Of a stretch of 64,000 nt of DNA, positions 23,324 through 64,000 are shown piece by piece; position 1 is the first letter of the stretch, and every line of letters starts with the position of its first letter. The stretch spans positions 708,908,001 to 708,972,000 of the forward strand of contig NC_091286.1 in the NCBI RefSeq assembly GCF_032444005.1, in the 5' to 3' direction. The position numbers and the translations under genes were made by a program. The notes below the pieces were generated by a model that did not search any database, was not told the origin of the DNA, and was given only the letters and a program-made list of their open reading frames with translations. The DNA is from Ranitomeya imitator. Lineage: Eukaryota.

Positions 23324-25201
23324 TTACATGGCATCACCTTCCTCACGGTTCCCATGCATCTCCCCATTTCCTGTAGCACCGACACTTGCCCCTGTTAGGG
23401 GTTCCTCAGCCGTCTCACTCCGCAGAGCGACGTGGCTGAGCACGCCTGTACCTATGGACACATTAACCTTCACAGAAAAATCATTATCAGGTTCAGTTGG
23501 CACAGGTACAACATTTTCACCATCAATCCTAGGGAAAAAATGGTTATTAGATGCATCATTACAAGATAAAGCATGATCAGGTAACACATGCGATTTCCCA
23601 TCATCATCATCATCAGGGTTAACGTTACCCTTATTAGCAGATTGGGGAGGGGTGTCAGGGACGTAGTATGCAACCATCCTCCCCAAATCAGTCCTCAACA
23701 AAACTTCAGTGGGCAAATTATCAGACAGCCCCACTTCCTTCACCCCGCTCCTGACTCCCCAATCAAGATTAACCCGGGCCATCGGTAAGGGACAGCTGAT
23801 GCCCCCAATCCCCATGACAGTTAGGGTTTTCCCCGGAATGATTTCTTCAGGGGCCGCCAGTTCGGGTCGGATGAGGGTTCGTTGAGCCCCGGTGTCCTTG
23901 AGGCCTGTAGCAACATGGCCTCCCACAGTGACGTGCTGTACGTTGTCACACACCCTCCCAACCACACCACCCACCAAAAGAACTGCCGCATTAGGCCCTG
24001 GGGCCTTGGATGAGGGGTTCTTCTGCTTGTCTGGACAGTTGGGACTGATATGACCCGGCCGCTTGCAGAAGTAACACTTGCGGGGTTCGGTGGTAGGCCT
24101 GGGGTTGTTGGCCACGGGGACAGGACCTCTGGTGTGCTGGCTGGCAGGGGTACTGGCGTTGGTTGCAGGCTTACCCCCTCTCCAGCTGGTGGTGACTGGC
24201 TTCCGCACTTCCGATCTACGGTTGGCCTCATAGGTATCGGCAATCTGTGCTGCTTTCGTCACGTCTTTGGGTTCTCTGTCCATCATGAACTGTCGCACCT
24301 CAGCTGGGCAAAGATGAAAGAACTGGTCTTTGATCATCAGGTCTCGCAGCTGTGCAAAGGTGGTCACTGACAGTCCTTGGGTCCACTGGTCAAAGTGGGT
24401 CCCCAGTCCATGCACCACATCACTGTAACTGTCGTGTGGGCCACATTGGAGGGTCCGGAACTTTCTACGGTACACCTCGCGTGTAAGCTGGTACTTGGCT
24501 ATCAGGGCCTGCTTGATGGCCTCATAGTCTCCATCTTGTTCTTGAGGGAGGGCAGCAAACGCCTCCAGAGCTTTGCCTCTCAGCCCTGGTGTCAGGTATC
24601 GTGCCCATTCATCTGTAGGCAGCCGGTACTGTCTGCAGGCTTTCTCAAAGGCCCGCAGAAAAGTGTCCAAGTCCCCGTCCTTCTCCATAACAGGAAAGTG
24701 ATCGGGCTGGTGCTTCAGTATCTGAGCGCTGCTGGGCTCACGGCTCTGGACGGGGGAGGGCATCCCCCCCTGCCGGAGCATCTCCAGTTCATGTGCTCGC
24801 TGGGCTTGGCGCTCGGCTCTCTCAGCCTCCCGATCGGCTCGGGCCTCTCGCTCGGCTCGCTCCTGGTATTGCTGGATCAGCTGCAGACGTCTCTCTAGAT
24901 CATCTGCGGAGCCTTGATGCAGAGCCAGCTGCAGGAGGAGGTCTGCGCCCCTCTGGTTGCCAGTAGGGCCCGTATTCAGTGGTTGGACCTCTGCTGCAGC
25001 ACCATGTTCGCTTGTGCTGGCTTCTGCGGCCTCTGAGCTCTGTGGCCTGGCTTGGTCTGCTTCAAATTGCACCAGTTCAGCGACCATTTGAGTCTTGGTC
25101 TTACCCTGGGGGTTCAGGCCATGGCACGTGCATATCCCAGCAAGAAAGTCCTTCTTCTGCTGGGTGTACCAGGCTTCCCCTTTCGCAGCCATGGTTGCCA
25201 A
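23324..25201 (-). CDS. Gypsy-C gag-protease ORF (625 aa)
   Basis: Capsid DGDLDTFLRAFEK, SCAN-like region, CCHC CYFCKRPGHISPNC, protease LKDTGAQRTL. Confidence 0.88.
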   Translation of the reverse strand: MATMAAKGEAWYTQQKKDFLAGICTCHGLNPQGKTKTQMVAELVQFEADQARPQSSEAAEASTSEHGAAAEVQPLNTGPTGNQRGADLLLQLALHQGSADDLERRLQLIQQYQERAEREARADREAERAERQAQRAHELEMLRQGGMPSPVQSREPSSAQILKHQPDHFPVMEKDGDLDTFLRAFEKACRQYRLPTDEWARYLTPGLRGKALEAFAALPQEQDGDYEAIKQALIAKYQLTREVYRRKFRTLQCGPHDSYSDVVHGLGTHFDQWTQGLSVTTFAQLRDLMIKDQFFHLCPAEVRQFMMDREPKDVTKAAQIADTYEANRRSEVRKPVTTSWRGGKPATNASTPASQHTRGPVPVANNPRPTTEPRKCYFCKRPGHISPNCPDKQKNPSSKAPGPNAAVLLVGGVVGRVCDNVQHVTVGGHVATGLKDTGAQRTLIRPELAAPEEIIPGKTLTVMGIGGISCPLPMARVNLDWGVRSGVKEVGLSDNLPTEVLLRTDLGRMVAYYVPDTPPQSANKGNVNPDDDDDGKSHVLPDHALSCNDASNNHFFPRIDGENVVPVPTEPDNDFSVKVNVSIGTGVLSHVALRSETAEEPLTGASVGATGNGEMHGNREEGDAM

Positions 25202-28186
25202 ATAAAAGAGGATAGAAAAACGAAGAGAAAGGGAGGGGATAATTACCAGTACACAATTGTCTCAAGACTAATAAACACTGTTCGTTCTCCAAACTTATTT
25301 GCGCAGAGTCCTCGCAAGAACTTTCTGCAAGTTTTTAGTGAGGGGAATGATTGCTCAAACCAAATCGCTAATTCTCTAATATCCCATCCCCTTGCCACCA
25401 ATTTGTCACGATTCACACCGTGACCGTCACCCCTACGTCACGGATCGGGGTGACTTTGGGCCAACAGACGGCTATCACATGTGCAGGGGGGCTTATCTTA
25501 GTTATCCCTCCACTCCACAATGTGATGAAAAAACACACACACGGCTATTGACCTCTTAGTTTACAGCAGGGGCTTATTCTAGGTATCCCACTGCTCTTCA
25601 ATATACCACAAACTGCAGGGATTTATGTATATCCCGCTTACAGTTCCACTTAAAACTTGCAGCTCTCTGGCGCCCCCCTTATTCTCAGGTCAGATTAGGT
25701 ACTGCACCTGGGGTAATTAGTCGCCAGAAAGGCTGCCTGCTATGTACTGGCTATTGGGCACGCTGCAGCGACGCGATAAACTACTCCCGCTCAGGCAGGA
25801 ACAATTATCAACGCCGCAGTCGCTACAACAACACCCAACTACCCAGTACAAAACGTATGCTGCCACCAGCTTCGATTAAACGGGTCCGAAGCTAACCCAA
25901 AACAGTAGCGTAATTCCCTTCAGGAGACTTAGGGTACGTTTAGAGCTTGGAGAAAGAACTAGTATTATATAATATACCCCACAAAATTTAGGCAGTGCTT
26001 TATCAAAATATTTTACAAAGATGTTACAAATGAGACAATTGCAAATATGTACAAGGTAATTATAACATAAAGGGATTACAGGAGAAAAGATAACACTCAC
26101 ATGTTCAAAGCATTGTAGGCAACCAGGCTAGTGGAGTTTCCATACGTCCCAGTGCATTGGACGTGCTCAGGGCTCTCCAGGAAAAAGACAAGAAGAAACT
26201 GCTGGGATCTGGGCAGACAGTTATAGCTCCAGCCTGTGACATCCCAGAAAGGGGTTGGATCACCTCGTCCCTCCTACCCTCTTCAGTTAACTAATTTTAC
26301 CCTAACTTTTATCTAATTTCTATAACTCCGCTACAAAACATGTCATAGTCATAACAAACCCAGCATTCATCTCGGATTAACGTGGGCATTCTAATGAGAT
26401 CAAATATGTCCTATCTGTGATACATATTTACAGAGAAATCCCTACTTCTTTACCAGATGGAGTTAGAAGCCCGTGTTTAGAGTGATGGGTAGATCCACCG
26501 AGGGAGATTAAGAATATATATTTTCGTGTTCTTAACGTAAACGGTTTGCCTAATATCTTACAAAAACAGAACAAAGAACTTTCATGGATTCTGGAAATTT
26601 CTAATCCAATCATAGCTGGAGAAGAGTTGGAGCCTTCCAAAGCGATCGTAAATTCCTTTCTTCAATAAAACTCTCCCCTGTACATTGGCAAGGCAGCTCT
26701 TGGCTGAGTGAAAGGGAAGGGGGGCTTTTTAGCCCACAGCCTGCTAGCAAGAGAAACTACTTATGATATTTCATACCATATTGTGACACCCCCCTTACCC
26801 TCAGATCAGACCGGGTACTACACCTAGGATAATTAGTCGCCAGAAAGGCTTCCCAACTACTGGCTAATGGGCACGCTGCAGCGAGGGCGATATAACTACT
26901 CCCACTCAGGCGGGAACAATATCAATGCCGCCAGTCGCTGCAACTACTCCCAAACGCTCAGGACAAATCCGCTGCCACCAGCTCCGATTTCTTAATTATT
27001 AATGGGATCAGAGCCCACGCAGATTAGTAGCGTGATTCACTTCAAAAAAACGTGACCGTACATTATAGAGCAAGGAGAGACAAGTGAGTAATTTTATATT
27101 TTACTTCAAAAAAGGTAGGCAGTGTTTACAGAGGTATGAAAAGATGTTATAAAGAAGACACGTATCGTATGTACAGTACAGTTACAAATAAAATGGGATT
27201 AAAGTTGAAAAGAGCACTTTCATTTTGTTATGTCATCTTATCTCATGGCTGTCCGTGTGCTGTGGAGGAGGGGACACATCTAGATGCATACCACACATCT
27301 GTATAGCAGCTAGACCCCAGACAAAAGACACATGAAGACTGCTGCTTCACTCACTTATTTTCCAGCTTAAAACCAAGGCACTCCCCCTGTGGTGACCTCA
27401 CTTAGAGGCCGAATCCTCCCATTTTCTTAGAGTTAAAGCATTTTTATGCCTAGCTCGCTGTACAAACCTTGTATATGAAAGACACAATGATCAGGAGGTG
27501 CACCACGTCGCGGCGATTCTTTTAAGTGTAAACAGCGCAGTTACACGACCCGCTTACGGAGAAACCCACTCTTTGCACTCATTGGGTTTAGCTTCTAGCG
27601 ATTTCAGGGAGTTATAGATTCCTCGATGGACATCCGGAATATATAATCCTTATATCTGTAGCCCTGATCGTTGCCAATATATGTATAACCTTAGAAGAAC
27701 AATAGAAACTCAAGCTTTCTATACCAGTTTTTGCCAGTATTAGATGGGAGGGGCGGAATGAGGAGTGTAGGGAGACCTCCTTGTAGCTTAAAGCCATAAA
27801 ATTTCTTGAGGAGGGGAAGTGTATAGGATTACACACACAGGGAGAAGGAGTGGCGTAGAATTCCAGCCTTGTGTTGGCAGGCAGAGAAAACTGCAGCTGA
27901 TGGCTCTGTATGTGTAAGTGAAGTAATGAGAACTTTTCTATTACCTGACAGTCAGGCTTCCAGTCGGCTAGCCACTTTCATATTTTGAGGCTCCTGGTCC
28001 ATACATCTCCTGAATACCAGGTATATTTGCCCCCCACGTATATCGGATACATCTTCCTGTCAACCCGTATGCTGGATACCTCTGCCCCCCATACTATGTC
28101 CATCCGCTTTCGTCCACAGCGGGGTGACGAGTCGCATTCTCTTCTCACTTTCTCCTCCTGAGATCTCGCTCTCCCATTACTGCTAG

Positions 28187-61530
<33,344 letters not shown>

Positions 61531-61556
61531 GTGAGTGGCGGCTGTGCCGTGTGATT

Positions 61557-62150
61557 CACTGCCTCGAAGAAGTCTTCACACACCCATGAACTTTTTCACA
61601 ATTTTTCACAAACGTGCATGTGTTTTATTGTGATTTTCTGTGATACAACACAAAGTAACAAGTATTTGTGACGTGACGCTTGCGTTTGTATTCATCCCCG
61701 GAGTCAGTACTTTGTAGGACCACCTTTCTCTACAGTTACTGCTGCAGTCTTTGGGGTCGGTCTTGCACATCTAGAGGTGACATTTTGCCCCGTCATCTTT
61801 GCACACTCGCTCTTGTTCAGTAAGATTGGAATGGAGACGTCTGTGATCAGTAACTTTCACGTCTTGTTACAGATTCTCTGGAATTTTCCAGGATATTTAG
61901 GGTTGTTGTCCTGCTGGCATTCTGCCGCCTTGTCTTGCAGGTTTTCCTTTATGATTACCCTGCATTTGGCGCCATTCATCTCCCCATCACCTCTCACCAG
62001 CCTCCTTACTCCTGCTGAAGAAAAGCCTCCCCACAGCAGGATGCAGCCACCACCATGTGTGATGGTGGGGATGGTGTTTTAAGGTGATGTGCAGCGTTAG
62101 GTTTTTTTTTTTTTTTCACACAATGCATTTTGCATTTAGGTAAAAAGTAA
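61557..62150. mobile_element. Tc1/mariner remnant (TIR plus decayed transposase sequence in antisense)
   Basis: cactgcc...gaagtcttcacacaccc-atgaactttttcaca resembles fish/frog Tc1 termini; cagcaggatgcagccaccaccatg is typical of Tc1 transposase read antisense. Confidence 0.65.
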
Positions 62151-62348
62151 AAAAAAAAAGTTTGATACCATGTTAGTCAGTTGAAAAAATAAGTCTGTGC
62201 TAAATATTTTTTACATTAAATATAAACTCTAAGGAGTCCTCTTTTTAAATGCTGCATTATCACACATCACTGCAGTCATATCTCATAGACAAGAAAAAGA
62301 AACTGCACTGACTTCGACAGGAAGCAGGACCAGTGGAGGTCCTCCTAA

Positions 62349-62666
62349 GGCTAGGTTCACATTAGCGTTGTGCGGTGCTGCGTCGGGCGCAGCCGCGGCG
62401 ACGCATGCGTCATGCGCCCCTATATTTAACATGGGGGGCGCATTGACATGCGTTGTCTTGCGTTTTGTGACGCATGCGTCATTTTGGCGCAAGCGTCAGG
62501 GCGCAGAGGACGCTGCATGATGCAGTTTTTTCTGCGCCAAAAATAATGCAAAAATGAACGCATGCGTCACAAAAACGCATGCAAAACGCAGCTTTTTGTG
62601 ACGCATGCGTTCATTTTTGCATTTTTCGCCGACGCAGCACCGCACAACGCAAATGTGAACTTAGCC
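62349..62666. mobile_element. PIF/Harbinger-type MITE (318 bp)
   Basis: About 38-bp TIRs ggctaggttcacattagcgttgtgcggtgctgcgtcgg; exact TAA TSD. Confidence 0.9.
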
Positions 62667-62699
62667 TAAGCAAAACAGCATGGGGCCAAACCGCCAGAA

Positions 62700-63390
62700 G
62701 GGCACAGGTAAAGTCAGCTGTGTAATTATCATCTCACAAACCCACCAAACTAGAACTCTGTGTGCTTTCAGGAGGTCTCACATCTTGTCCTACGAAACCT
62801 CTAGACAAAACAGAACTTTGTGGTGACATGGGACAATATTTCAGGGGACTGAGACTGGAGCAGTTCTTTGATGGTAAAGAAGACTTGAGGCTTCTAAGCA
62901 GACTAGAGGACAAGAACAAATATCCTGGCCGCAACATCATTGTGGACCAATATATTGACTCATTTAGACATTTGGTGCAGTCCATGATATTGGACAAGAA
63001 AAGACAGGAGACGCCTAAAATCAGTGTGCAGGACAGAAGGCAATTCACAGCCTGAAGAACAAGGAGATCGCTATTTAGCCAGCAGGTAAAGGTGGTGCCA
63101 TAGTCCTTCTGAACATGGACGACTACATTACAGAAGCACACAGACAGCTGACGGACTTTACACCAAACTGGACAAGGACCCAACTCCAAAATATATGAGG
63201 GAGTTGAAAAGAGTCATCAGAGGTCTGTGTACAGATTCCACAAACCTTCTAGACTTTATCCCTGAGATCACAGAATTTTCTACATGCGTCCCAAGATTCA
63301 TGAGCCAGGTAACCCAGTGAGGCCAATCATCTCAGGGGTGCGAACACTCACTGAATAGGTCTCAGGGTAGGTAGAACATGTCCTTAAACG
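62700..63390 (+). mobile_element. Penelope-like element RT N-terminal remnant
   Basis: LSGGLTSCPT; IAI*PAGKGGAIVLLNMDDY (PADKGG motif); FYMRPKIHEPGNPVRPIISG; stops present. Confidence 0.8.
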
Positions 63391-63914
63391 ACTGTCGATA
63401 CGCCATTTAGCGGCAGTTAAGGGTACTTATTCCTCGGAGCTGAGAAATGAGGTTTATAGCGCCCCCAGCATCGGAAAATCTCCGGTGTCTCTACTACCAA
63501 GAGTAGCCGAGACCCCGGAGAGCTTGAGCAGTTTTTACCGTCCCCCGTCTTGTGATTGCCGTTATTCACCGAATATTGACGTTTGCAAAGAAAAAAAGTC
63601 AGATTTCCCATTTATTTCTCTCTTTTCTGATATGATCTAGCACACCAGAGTAGACAGAAATGGGGTCCACCAAGCCCCCCCCCCCATCCCCGGTATCTCT
63701 GCCATCCTCAGACCCTCCAGCTCTGGCCCCCGGTCCTCGGCGTCTTCTTCCTTGAAGAAAATGTCGGAAGCATGCATAGCGCACACGCCAAGATCTGCCG
63801 GCCGGCACCCGGCAACAATAGGAGATTTTTCCAACTGGTTCATTTTGATCACTGTGATAGACCCTATCACAGACGGACAGTGAGAGCACCAGGAAGTTCA
63901 AGAACCTCCTCCAG

Positions 63915-64000
63915 AGGCAGTTAGGGCACTAGGAACCTGCTCCAGAGACAGGGCGGGCACTAGAAACCTGGTCCAGAGACAGTGTGGGCACTAGGAAGTT
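63915..64000. repeat. Start of another tandem repeat of about 30 bp
   Basis: ctccagag(a/g)cag...gggcactag(g/a)aac recurs three times up to the window end. Confidence 0.6.

Larger units (their letters stand above)
18942..26788 (-). mobile_element. Gypsy-C: full-length Gmr1-like LTR retrotransposon inserted in the Gypsy-A 5' LTR
   Basis: About 1.39-kb near-identical LTRs at 18942-20330 and 25404-26788; CCCCC flanks both sides; PPT 20331-20344; PBS-like ...ttgccacca ending at 25400. Confidence 0.95.
2830..27860 (-). mobile_element. Gypsy-A: decayed Gmr1-like Ty3/gypsy LTR retrotransposon hosting most of the nest
   Basis: 3' LTR about 2830-3947, PPT 3948-3961, RT remnant and integrase 3965-6694, PR/gag 9514-10956, leader 18572-18760, PBS 18761-18778, 5' LTR 18782-18941 plus 26789-about 27860. 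The two LTRs are only about 85% alike by eye, so it may be chimeric. Outer ends are uncertain. Confidence 0.75.

Noticed and set aside
27950-28030. Candidate IFT172 exon 1 ending ...ccag|gtatat
   Set aside because: No frame gives an ATG-initiated MxLKHL-like peptide.
63395-63900. Possible DNA transposon fragment after the Penelope remnant
   Set aside because: No paired TIRs, TSD or recognisable protein motif are visible.

Overview
This is vertebrate genomic DNA, most likely from a frog (inferred from the repeat families). The only host gene is IFT172 on the + strand. I can place 22 coding exons (equivalent to human exons 2-23, 28187-61530), all with GT-AG junctions and 2482 nt in one uninterrupted frame. 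Exon 1 is not visible and the gene runs past the window end. Bases 1-28 kb are a nest of transposons: three Ty3/gypsy LTR elements with the Gmr1-like order gag-PR-IN-RT-RH (at least one with a clear SCAN-type capsid), a solo LTR, two non-autonomous Helitrons and a CR1 fragment, nested up to four deep. The IFT172 introns are inflated by a different GC-rich minisatellite in almost every large intron. They also hold a CR1 with intact ORF2, a decayed L2, LTRs, Harbinger-type MITEs, and Tc1 and Penelope remnants. Most long ORFs in the supplied track are artefacts of tandem repeats. Two observations stand out. First, LTR ends of one family have grown stepwise by absorbing old tRNA primer-binding sites, leaving stacked [LTR end + PBS] units. 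Second, some minisatellites have amplified the IFT172 splice donors into dozens of decoy copies.
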